Below, piece after piece: positions 37,331 through 50,006 of a DNA stretch of 50,006 nucleotides. The notes below the pieces were generated by a model that saw nothing but the letters and a program-made list of their open reading frames with translations, had not been told where the DNA came from and made no database searches. Each line of letters starts with the position of its first letter. Positions within the stretch are counted from its first letter, which is position 1. The stretch is taken from the NCBI GenBank assembly GCA_018398765.1, contig JAHBMJ010000347.1, positions 1 to 50,006 of the forward strand, written 5' to 3'. Source of the stretch: Chromera velia (lineage: Eukaryota). Both the position numbers and the translations under genes were made by a program.

Positions 37331-38448
37331 TTCTTCCTCCGTCCCAGTGATTACGGGTCCGTATTCCATTCGAAGAAGCAGAAAGCAGACAGGAATAATA
37401 AAAATGCTTGGAGAGGGTGTGAATAAGAAGAGGCCAATCTGTCCTGTGTGTGTGCCCATACGTCAGTGTGTTTGAGTGTCCGTTTGTCTGGCAGAACTCA
37501 AAAGAAGGGAAGTTCTGTTCGACCTCTTTCTTTCTTTTTTCCTTCCTTCCTTTTTGCCCAGCCTTTTGGGAAACCTTGCACGCCTTTCCCTTCTACACAC
37601 CCATGGCATTGCCTGTACCTTTCTTTTCTTTTTGAAGACAAATCTCTTTCCTTTATTCATAAATTGCGCCGGAGAAGACAATAAACGAAACGACGGAGAA
37701 TCACGTACATGTGGGAAGAGAGCAGAAGAGAAAAGGAGTGCGTTTCTGTCTCTCAGGGGTGGAAATTAATTTGACAAGAAGATCAGGAAGACATGCAGAC
37801 AAAGAGCCGATGAATCACACAGGAAGAGGTGCTCGACAGTGCTCGACTGCCTGCTTCTTCCATCTTGCCTCCTCGTCATCGTATGCTGGAACTTCTGTTA
37901 CCTCTCCCTCGTTCCTTCTTCGCGTGTTGAAGCCTCCTCTAAACTCCCACTGTAACACCGAACAGCAGATGTGACGTCCGACCGTCTTCAGTTTCTTTCA
38001 CGTGTGTCCGGCGATACTGCACGTTGTTTTTTTTTTTTTTCTCTCTGAAAATGCAAACAGATCTTTCGAACTTGGGGGGACGGAGAAGCGAAATGGCACT
38101 ACTTCTCATGCAACCGATAGATCCGTACTTAACCTTGCAACGCGATTTAATTGAGCAGAAAAGAAAGACTGTGTGAAAGATCGAGCAAGTCGTTCGTTCT
38201 GGGTGCCGAATTAAAAGAACCAGGAGTCAATCACCGAGATGTCACCGATCGAGAGTTTACAGCTTTCTGATCGATGCGCGAGCTGTCCGCAGTGTTTCGC
38301 TTTCGGACTCCTGATGATTCCACAAGACCTAGGGGGGGTTGGAGGGGCCCTTTCCGGCTGCTTGGGTAGTTAGGACTGCAAGACAGCCGCAATTCGAATG
38401 CTTGAAGCAGCAGCTGTAGCGAGGCAGGCAATAACATCCTTTGTTCAC

Positions 38449-38734
38449 CCATGCTGACAGTGTTTCTCCTGCTGTGTGGCTCACGGGGAGAAATAGCATG
38501 GTGCTCACTCAGATCGGCTATGAACTGACGAGCGTTCTTTTTTTTCGTCCTTCCATCCATGCTGTTCTCCTGCTGTGTGGCTCACGGGGAGAAACAGCAT
38601 GGTGCTCACTCAAATCGGCCATAAACTGACGAGCGTTCATTTTTTTTCGTCCTTCCATCCATGCTGTTCTCCTGCTGTGTGGCTCACGGGGAGAAACAGC
38701 ATGGTGCTCACTCAGATCGGCCATGAACTGACGA
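38449..38734. repeat. 102 bp tandem repeat, ~2.8 copies, each with two inverted repeats and a T-run
   Basis: Units start at 38449 (6 nt longer), 38557 and 38659. Confidence 0.92.
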
Positions 38735-39572
38735 GACCTTCGACACACCTGTGGACAAATGTGTTGATCGATGCGGGCTGTGTTTGAGCTCTCGAAGATG
38801 ATCGACGGGACCCGCACGCACCTCGAAAAGATGAAGAAACTAGAGAGAGAGAGAGAGAGAGAGAGAGCTAAACGTACGAGCACTTCCCTTCATGTCTCAT
38901 TTTCATTTATTTGACCGTGTGTGTCCGATATTGTATGTTGAATTTCAGTGGCTTCTGTTCCTCTATATTCCTGTAAGTTGCGCTCATAGACAGAAACAGC
39001 GCCCCCATTGTCTGATTTTGTTCTTCAGTTGGAGAGGGGGGAAGAAGAGCAATTAAGACAGCATATGGGCTGTGTAGAGAAGGGGAGAGGGGGAACAAAA
39101 GAGATAAGAGAAGGGGTGCATCATATTGGTGGTCCTTCAACGATGGTAAGCTCGGTTGATCTCTCTCTCGCTAGGCTTTGATAGTTACATGTACCTGCAT
39201 TGCTTGAGAATCCTAAACGGTGTAAGCCGACCTTTGAGAGTGGACCACGCGTAAAAAACCCGGAACATCGATGCTATGCTAAATGCTATGATGTCATTGC
39301 TAGCTATATGCTAATAAAACAAATGTAATTAAACAAATTAAAAAAACAAAACTGGCTAGCAAAAGCAGAGCCTAAATCGAGATTTTCAAAATGAAGTGAA
39401 GAAATGACTAGCATCTTCTAATCAATTAGCTTAAATTGGTAGTAATTGATTGATTGATTGATTAATCTGAAAAACTAGACGGAAGGAAGAAAAAAAGAAG
39501 AGAAAGAATGAAGGAAAGAAAAAACGTTTTTTAGAAAATTAATAGAAAAGTTTTAATGGGACGGAAACTTTG

Positions 39573-39814
39573 CAGCGCACTAAAGATTTTTCGTAACCCA
39601 GTTACGTTCGGGGGCGGGGGGGGGGACAGAGTTACATTTCATGTCAACCTATGGGCAATGAGACACACCTCCCTCCTTACACCACCCCTACCAAACCTCG
39701 GGGGTTACGGGGGGGGGGTTACCAAATTAAATAATAAAAGGGGGGACTCCCGGGGGAGGGGGGGCGGGTCAACCGCCTAATGTAACTGGGTTACCAAAAA
39801 TCTTTAGTGCGCTG
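39573..39814. mobile_element. MITE-like element, 242 bp, ~36 bp TIRs
   Basis: CAGCGCACTAAAGATTTTTCGTAACCCAGTTACGTT ... AATGTAACTGGGTTACCAAAAATCTTTAGTGCGCTG (2 mismatches). Internal GTTAC repeats and G-tracts. No clear TSD. Confidence 0.8.
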
Positions 39815-39910
39815 TTCCTATAGAGGAACGGAAGGAAGAAGAGAACTGGGGAAGGAAGGAGAAAAGGATGGAAGGACAAACGCAAAAAAAACGCACACAT
39901 ACACACATAT

Positions 39911-39942
<32 letters not shown>

Positions 39943-40315
39943 CATCGGTAGAGAGTCTCTACAACAATCAAAATATGCACATGCATGCAAGGTCCATGGA
40001 AACCGAGCGATCTGAAAACGTTCAGCGCCAGCTAGCCAGACACTGACAGAACCCGACTAATCAGCACCGATCCCAATTACACCTGGAAGACCCAGAGCTC
40101 CATCCTTCCAAGTTCCAAAAAACCTCTGCATGCTCTCTTAATTACGCTGCTGCTTATCCCCTTAATTATTGTCCCCCCATGATCGATATTAGTACAATCC
40201 TGCCAGGGTCCTACAGTTCCGCGTAGTTTCTTCCGGCCGTGTCGCTTTCTCTTCGCGATCAACAAACCAACGATTCATCCATCCATTGAAACATGCATGT
40301 CTACCGGAGTCACTT

Positions 40316-42810
<2,495 letters not shown>

Positions 42811-43101
42811 TTCTGCGCTTTCCTGAGGAGAAAAAGAAGGAGATAGATCTTCTGCCGAGCTAGGTTTCTTAGGCCGTCTCCGAGAGTGGATCCAAAGAAC
42901 GACAGTCGTTTGAGAAACCGTGGCACAGCGGCAGGTCTGCAAGTTCACCAGGAGCTGTACGTTGGCGTTGTGAGGGGCAGAATTCGCATAAGCACGAGGT
43001 CGACTTTGCAGTGAAGATGTGACTGAGTGCCGATCGACCACTCGATCACTCATGCAGTGTTGTTGCGGACTGTCAGAATCGGGAGTCAGGATCGCGTGCA
43101 T

Positions 43102-43172
43102 GGGCCGCGCGCGGGGGGGGGTCCGACCAGCGCGTCGGGCCTGAATTTTGTGGTTTGCGCCGCCGCGCGGAC
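43102..43172. promoter_or_regulatory. CGCG-rich patch in the putative bidirectional promoter between YOP1 (-) and RBM42 (+)
   Basis: gggccgcgcgcggggggg...gcgcgtcggg...gcgccgccgcgcgg lies between divergent ATGs at 42810 and 43518. Confidence 0.5.
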
Positions 43173-43517
43173 AAAATTTCAAAACAGTGAAAATCCCGCC
43201 TCATTGACCTCTCCGACGATTCGACTGATATATGTTCGACTCTTCAAATTTCATTCTCGAAGGGACTTGAGTTCGGAGTTCATAGGACTGAGATCGAGGT
43301 AGTGGGACTCATCCAGAACACCGTACGATCGAACTTCCAGCCTTCCTGGCGTTGTTTGAGGTGACTCCCTGTTTGCTCTGTCTGTTGTTCTGAAGGGCGG
43401 CAGGGGACAAGGCAGTGTGCTTTCCTCCTTCGAGGGCGCGCTTCCATCTCCCTGGAGCACGATTCAGATCAGCTTCATTTGTGCTGCACTTCGCTTGCTT
43501 TCTTTAGGTGCTTGAGA

Positions 43518-44231
43518 ATGGCTTCCTCGTCTTCTGCCTCCTCATCAGACATGCCTGCCCCAGCTGTCGGTCCGACAGTTGGTGGTGGTGGTGAGGATGC
43601 AGGAAAGAGCAAAGAAGCAAAGAAAGTCGTCAAGGGCACCAAGAATGAAAAACACGTGCGGCATCTTCGTAAGGCCGCGGGAAAGATCTGGAACGACAAG
43701 ACCCTCGACGACTGGCCAGAGGAAGACTACCGTGTGTTCATCGGAGACCTTGGAAATGAGGTCACCGACGACGTCTTGGCCAACTCGTTCCGCAAGTTCG
43801 AGTCCTTCCAGAAGTGCCGCGTTGTTCGTGACAAGCGCACTGGGAAGAGCAAGGGCTTCGGTTTTGTTTCGTTCCGCAACGGCGAGGACTTCCTCAAGGC
43901 TCTCGACACCATGCAGGGGCAGTACGTCGGCAACCGACCGATCAAGGTCACGAGGTCCAAGTGGAAGGATAGAGAGATCGACTCGGAGAGAAACCAGAAG
44001 ATGAACGAGCTCCTTGTGACCACTGGAGAGAAGTCCAGAGAGCTGAAGAAGTTCAAGAAGATCAAGCCCGTCACAGGAGGAAGGAAGGAGAAGGACAAGG
44101 AAAAGATCACCGCACAGTGGAGACCTCGGAGGCACTTCGGTCACCCCGCGGCCTTCGGTGTCACCCTGCAGCGTGTGCTGAACAACCCGGTCCAGATGCC
44201 CAACTACCACGCTGGAGCTGCCCTTATCTAG
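43518..44231 (+). CDS. RBM42: RNA-binding protein 42 (tri-snRNP-associated RRM protein), 237 aa, uninterrupted CDS
   Basis: Signature RKAAGKIWNDKTLDDWPEEDYRVFIGDLGNEVTDDVL...VVRDKRTGKSKGFGFVSF...MQGQYVGNRPIKVTRSKWKDR. ATG at 43518 follows a TTTAG acceptor at 43507, suggesting a 5' UTR intron. Confidence 0.93.
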   Translation: MASSSSASSSDMPAPAVGPTVGGGGEDAGKSKEAKKVVKGTKNEKHVRHLRKAAGKIWNDKTLDDWPEEDYRVFIGDLGNEVTDDVLANSFRKFESFQKCRVVRDKRTGKSKGFGFVSFRNGEDFLKALDTMQGQYVGNRPIKVTRSKWKDREIDSERNQKMNELLVTTGEKSRELKKFKKIKPVTGGRKEKDKEKITAQWRPRRHFGHPAAFGVTLQRVLNNPVQMPNYHAGAALI

Positions 44232-44387
44232 AGGGGCGCATGGGCTGCTCGAAGGAGCGAAGGAGGGTGGGCGGGTTGTTGCCTTCTGCGTGTGGATGAG
44301 TGGAGTGATTAGAGAGGAAGAGACCTTGCATGTGTTGGCGGGGGGCGGCGGGAAAGGAGAGAGAGGGGAAGACAGAAAGAGGGGGGA

Positions 44388-44424
<37 letters not shown>

Positions 44425-45431
44425 CAATCGCCTGACAGCCACAAAGTTGCTCGCGTTCTCTGCGATCGCGAAACAACCAAACGATCACGGGAGAAAGTGC
44501 AATGCATTCTCCCCTGTTCGATGGTTTCTTTCATGGCTGAGTAAGGCGGGTGCCCAGCCAAAGATGTCCGCAATGCACTGGGAGGGGTGGACTCGATGAG
44601 GGAACACTCCTTCCAGTTGCAGGTGAAAAGAGGTTGGCAGTGGGAGAGTGAAAGTCAGTTAGCGAATGCAGGAGGAACGGCATCCTTCCATTTTCTCGTT
44701 CCCTTTCTTTCTCTCTTAGGCTCTGTCTCTGCATTATTGCCACTCTTTCTCCCGCAAAATCTCCCTGTGCTTCTCCGCTCAACTGTGCTCTATCGATCCT
44801 CTTTGGTCCTCTTCGTGTGTATGGCTTCTGTAATGTGCATGGTGTACGTATTCAGTCGAGTCGATGTCTCTTTTTGTGTCTTCATCAGACGGCCGTCATT
44901 GTTTGATCGTTCAGTGCTGCAGTCAGTGCCTTGGTTGCCTCAATTATAGAGGTAACGTTTATCTTTTGGGCAACCATGACTTGTTCTTTCTCTTCTCAAT
45001 CAGTAGAAGCAGTGGAACTGCAGGTTTCTGCCCCATTCAGGACCCCTCCGCCAAATTTTTGCTCAAAAGAAATGTTCATGTTGCAACGAAACTCAAGGTC
45101 AAACTCATTCATGTTACACGAATCATATAAGTAAAATTAATGTAAAATTAAATTAAAAGTTGAATGATGATATATATACATGATGCATCATATTATGATA
45201 AATTATACAAAAAAATAAGTATATAGAAATTAAATTCAGAAAAGTCCTGAGAGGAGACTGAGGAGTAACTTTTGAATAATACTTTCAGTATCGTTTCTGT
45301 ATCGCTTAGTAGGTATTGTTTCCTATAGTTCCTAACAATCTAGCCTAACAATGGCTCTATAACCTCTAGTAATGAATAAGATGATAGAAGTATTATACGT
45401 TTTAATAATATTGTGATTGATATATTATGCT

Positions 45432-46123
45432 TAGTGACCATGTTTGATTTGATTTGATTTGATTTGATTTGATTTGAGGTAGGGCTTAAGCTCAAATCAA
45501 ATATCCAGTCAGGGAGGACCTAGTGTTTAAAGACCTATCAAATACGATCAAATATTTGATCAATATGACTTTCAACCTCAAATATGAAGGTCCCGAAAAA
45601 ACTTTTGCAAGTACCGATCCGTCACGCATGCCGATTCAAATGAAAAAACCTAAATCTTGATGGTTTGCTCTCAAAAAAAAAAAAGTTTTGAGCTGTACTG
45701 AAATTGATGTTTCACCCCCTTTTACTTCATACAGAGGTAAACCGATCAGCTGAACGTTTTCCCGAACAGCTGTGTTGACTTTTCTGGTGCTGGAACATCT
45801 TTTACGGCCCCCTTTTTGAGCGTCTGCAAACATTTACACCACGTAAAGACATGTCACACAATCCGACAGGGTCGAACGGGAAGAAGGAGGCATTTGTTTT
45901 TAAAGCCGGGTACGCAAAAAAAATATGGTCTATGCAAAAGGGGGCAAATGTGATTCAGTGTCAGGTGAAAATACAAGGAGCCGAGGGGGAATAAGAAACT
46001 ATTTGTGGCTGTGAGTATGTCATCTCCCCCCCTTCCCTCTCTCTCTCTCTCTCTTTCTTTCTTTCTCTCTCTCTCTCTCCCACTCTCTCCCTTCCTCTTT
46101 CTCTCTTTCTCTCTTTCTCTCTT

Positions 46124-46204
<81 letters not shown>

Positions 46205-46253
46205 GTATGTGTGTGTGTATATGTGTATGTATGTGTGTGTGTGTGTGTGTATA

Positions 46254-46296
<43 letters not shown>

Positions 46297-46315
46297 ATGC
46301 ATATGTGTGTGTCTA

Positions 46316-46354
<39 letters not shown>

Positions 46355-47574
46355 GTGTGTGTGTGTGTGTGTGTATTACAGATGCATACGACTATCCGGC
46401 GGTTAGGGTTTCAAAACAATCTGACGTGCCTCCTCCCGTTGGCTCAACGGAACTGGGCTGATAAGTTGGTGAAGGTGCATGAGAAGCAGATTGTCGCCTA
46501 CGAGACGGATCCACGGGTGAGGTACCCCGCTTTTGACCGATTCGCCACCGGAGACATGCTGTATGACTGGAATATGTTGGATGTGAACCACGAGAGATTG
46601 CAGCATACCCCTGACCCCGAGCGTCGAAAGGCTGTGACCACATTCCCTGTCGGTGTGGAGCAGTTCCAGAAAGGCAAGGGAAAAGGCAATGGGGGGGCTG
46701 CTGACAGTGTTAGAGGGGGGGCCGCTCCTGCAGGGCCCGGCGGGAGGACCAATTTGAAACCAAAGGAGGCGGCCGCAGACGCAAATGCTGAGAAGGCTGG
46801 AAGGAAACTTCGCCCTCCTGAGAAAGTCATCACTCCGGGTGAGGAAGGCTACCGACCTCTCTATATTCACCTCCAATACAAGGGGCTTGTTGTCGGCCCT
46901 GGCACGGCACAGAGGATAGCCGAACTTACCAACTCTAGATGCTTAGCTACCCAGAAACAGGACGGTTCCAACACCAACAGCAATAGCAAACGTGTGCACG
47001 GTTCTCCGTCTCACCCTGTTGTCATCTCTCCGCAACCGAATAGAAGCCCAGGAGCACCCACTCCTGGAAAGCCGAAAAGCCAGAGAAAAAGCTCTCAGCA
47101 GCTCCCATCACCGATCGATTCGATTCACATTGAAGAAAGTGATCATGAAGAAGAAGAAAAAGAAGTGCCATAAAGCTGAGTGATTGTCACCTCAATTTTG
47201 GTACGTGCTCTAACTTTATCGTATCAACAAAAAGTCATATGCAATTTCAAATTTATTAATTTTACGTTCTTAATCTCTATTAGTACTAGAGTGAGTCTCA
47301 GTGACTAGTGTATATACACTGCCACACAGGCATATTTTTTTTATGGAACTGATAAGTTATAATTTTGTATATATTTTTTTAAATTTTTGAAACACACATC
47401 AGAAATGTTCTGATAACTATTGTCATGAGAAAAATGATTAGACTGACAGTAAGTCAGTGACTCAGTGAGGAACCCTAAGAGGTTAACCTCAAATCTTACC
47501 TTAAATATCAAATATTTGAGGTTGAAGCTCAAATCAAATCAAATCAAATATAATCAAATCAAACATGGTCACTA
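45432..47574. mobile_element. hAT-like non-autonomous DNA transposon, 2143 bp
   Basis: TIRs TAGTGACCATGTTTGATTTGATT / AATCAAATCAAACATGGTCACTA. Flanks ATTATGCT (45424-45431) and ATTGTGCT (47575-47582) form an 8 bp TSD with one mismatch. (GATTT)n/(AAATC)n subterminal repeats occur at both ends. Confidence 0.88.
45851..47173 (+). pseudogene. Internal gene of the hAT-like element: interrupted BED-finger-like N-terminus plus a 263 aa open frame (46382-47173)
   Basis: Exon 45851-46010 reads MSHNPTG...KKIWSMQKGANVIQCQVKIQGAEGE*ETICG (TAA at 45992). A GTGAGT...TACAG intron spans 46011-46381, then YAYDYP...VGST, followed after a frameshift by NWADKLVKVH. No DDE core or hAT dimerisation motif recognised. 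Confidence 0.55.
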
Positions 47575-48906
47575 ATTGTGCTACATTTTTCATTTGGTGT
47601 TCTCTTAGGCTCTTAGCAATATTTGGTGACAGAGGCCCTAGCAGAGGCCAATCAATTTATGATACGTGTACGTATAATCCATCTAGCATTACTAAAGAAT
47701 TTAGTAGGTAATCTATATTAGGTCCATAATTAAGATCTAGATTAGGATTCGGATCTACTTGATTGATTGATTGATTCCGCGCTAGGCCTTCCCATTATAT
47801 AAAGGTGTTGCCACCGCTAACAGGGCCCCGGCGGGATATTATTTCAGACCCTCCCTCAAGGGCCCACACACTAAACCTGATATACCGCAAACGCAGTGCA
47901 AGGGGTATGCCGCAACTATACATGCTTTGTCAACCAAGTTCGGGTGTCGATCTGCCTGCTCAACAAATAATCAAACCCTCACAAAAACTCTGGTTTGCTT
48001 GTTTATCAATCAATCGATTGGGTACGTGAATTCGTCTGGCTCGAATGAAATATTTCATCCATAAAAAATAATCATCAAAAATGATCGAAAAAGAAGAAGA
48101 AAAGAAAGAACAAATGATTTAGAAAGAAAGAAAGATTGAAGAAAAGGAAATGACTACAATCTCCTGTCCCATAGTTTCCGGGCCTGCAAAAAATTAGGGT
48201 CACGGCGGCTATGCCCTTTCCGTTTAAGAAGGTGTAAGAGAAAACCTTCTCTACTGCTTGTTGGTTCTCTTCTTATTCCCATTCTACAGGTACATTTGAA
48301 ACACTATTAGTTCACACCCGCTTCAATCTAGCTCATAAGCAGAAAAGAGAGAAAGATGCAGAAAATGTCTGATTTGGATGTGTAATAGAATGTTCAGAAC
48401 TGCATAATACGGAATGCAACAAAAGTGAATCTAAATTCAATATAAAAGTGTATAAAACTACGTATAAAAGTGTAATTTAAGTCTCGATCGATTCAATTAT
48501 GTTAGCACTTATATATAAAGTAAAAATATGCTTCAATACCCCACGTTGCATGATTATAAGCTTGCATTTCAAGTTCTTTGCAAGTGTTTTCGGTGCACAC
48601 CAAAGGAAGTCGGGATCCGACTGGCCGAACCAGCTTTCAACCAGGCTGAAGAAGACTCATGCGTTTGCCAATTTCAGAGATGAAACGCGTCGAGAGATCG
48701 CCTGCACACAGAGAACCATACCAGGAAATCTAGTGCCACCTCATCGCATGAAACAAAGCCAGCGTCGAGCTCATGTAATCCATCCCAAGCTTCGAATTGA
48801 CAGTTGCAATCATCTTTTAGCGGGTGGGCTTGAAGCCTGTTCATGCTCACTTAGAAAGCAGCGGCATTCATTGAAGGGCGCCCAATGCTTGCAGGGTTTC
48901 CGCCTG

Positions 48907-49687
48907 TTACCACATGCACATGCATTGCAGCTCGTGTACAGCGCCCCCCCACTGGCCCCTGCCCAGAAACGAACGAACCTCTTGCATCGTTGCGATGTGC
49001 GAGAAGGAACTGCGAAGAAGTTTTTCTGCGACGACCGCCCCGACTTCTGGGAGATCCTGCAGGCATACACACAAGCAGTCAAGCAGGCAGGCAAGATAAA
49101 TGCTTTAATGATTCACTCGATATTTCATCCAACGGGTACTTCTGCATGAACCCTTTGGCTGCCCTGACGAGTGAGCAGTTTGCCGGGACATCATCCAATT
49201 ACGAGCCTGCTAGAAGGAAGGAAAGGGAAACTAACATATCGAGACACCGTGAGGGTTTCACGCCTGATTCTTGTACAAAATGCTAATTCACAGGACTATC
49301 CGTAGAAAGGAAAACGAAGGTAAGACGAGAATTAACAATCAATCGTACAACCAGACATGCAAGCAGAGCGATAAAAATAGATCCCATGCACCTACTTCGT
49401 GCTTCCACAACGGACAAGAAGAACAGAAGGAAACAGGCAGATGAATCGCAAAGAAAAACAGAACTTCATTCAATGTGCGGCCAACCAACCGGAATTGCCT
49501 TCTCGACTGCACGGAACACTTGTGCCCGACTGCCTGCAATTGCTGCGGCTGCTGCTCTACTCGGTGCACTAGGGCTGAGTCCTTCGCTTCCTGTCTGCCC
49601 CCCCGTCGCCCTGTCTGTCTCTGGGAGGAGGGCCTCCAGAGGGACAGACCCGGGACGGGACTCCAACATCCGGCGGATGCGGAAACA
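48907..49687 (-). CDS. 3' end of a hypothetical gene continuing beyond the window
   Basis: Exons 49490-49687 (CTCAG acceptor, GTTGGT donor) and 48907-49056 (TGCAG acceptor, TAA) join in phase 0: ...AQVFRAVEKAIP|DLPEVGAVVAEKLLRSSF...QCMCMW*. No homology recognised. Confidence 0.5.
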
Positions 49688-50006
49688 CTGAGTGCATGCA
49701 TGCCATGCAATCAAATCAGCCATGCAGCCAACAGCCTTTCATTCAATTAACAGACAGCAGTCAACAGCAAAAAGCAAGCAAGCAAGATGGCGCTGGATCC
49801 CTGCACAGCGACGAGTCGAGTGGGATCTTCCTCCGCGTGTCAATTGGACCAGCCAGACATGGGATCGAGATCCAATTTTCATCTCTCCTTTTTTTGTCCT
49901 CTGGCCCCGAACCCTTCCCTTCCCGTGCATACATGCCGATCCCGAGCAAGCAGAGAGACACGACGACAAAGGAGATGGCACATCCCCCCCCCCCCCCCCC
50001 CCCCCC

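Noticed and set aside
38449..38734. Hammerhead ribozyme (CTGACGAG and GAAAC are present)
   Set aside because: Stems I and II cannot be closed around the core motifs on either strand.
43545..44573. 342 aa antisense ORF, and similar antisense ORFs over the hydrolase, USP and repeat exons
   Set aside because: Shadow frames of GC3-rich real genes with no recognisable motifs.
49984..50006. Terminal poly-C run
   Set aside because: Homopolymer cut by the window edge; not a telomere repeat and cannot be interpreted.

Overview
Eukaryotic, intron-rich nuclear DNA. The dense (GA)n/(GT)n/(GTCA)n microsatellites, GT(C/G)AGT donors, TGCAG acceptors and gene content suggest an alveolate, most likely a Chromera-like chromerid; this is inference and no search was run. 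Most short ORFs in the supplied track are artefacts of microsatellites and introns. Splicing by hand gives: (1) a 5'-truncated + strand coiled-coil gene (156-8356) with 13 symmetric 12-21 nt micro-exons; (2) a 27-exon - strand gene (24231-9779) for a ~1663 aa signal-peptide, Cys-rich protein with micro-exon clusters at both ends; (3) an intronless, bacterial-looking alpha/beta-hydrolase lacking the catalytic Ser; (4) TRAPP subunit Trs23/TRAPPC4; (5) a membrane-anchored USP-family deubiquitinase; (6) a YOP1/REEP/HVA22 gene; (7) RBM42; (8) a partial gene at the right edge. Mobile and repeat DNA includes a 458 bp foldback element, a 242 bp TIR element, a 2.1 kb hAT-like element with a near-perfect 8 bp TSD and a decayed BED-finger-like ORF, several minisatellites and two structured tandem triplications. 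The most striking signal is that 40 of the 42 modelled introns in the two large genes are phase 2, so almost every exon can be skipped in frame. All gene models are manual predictions without RNA evidence.
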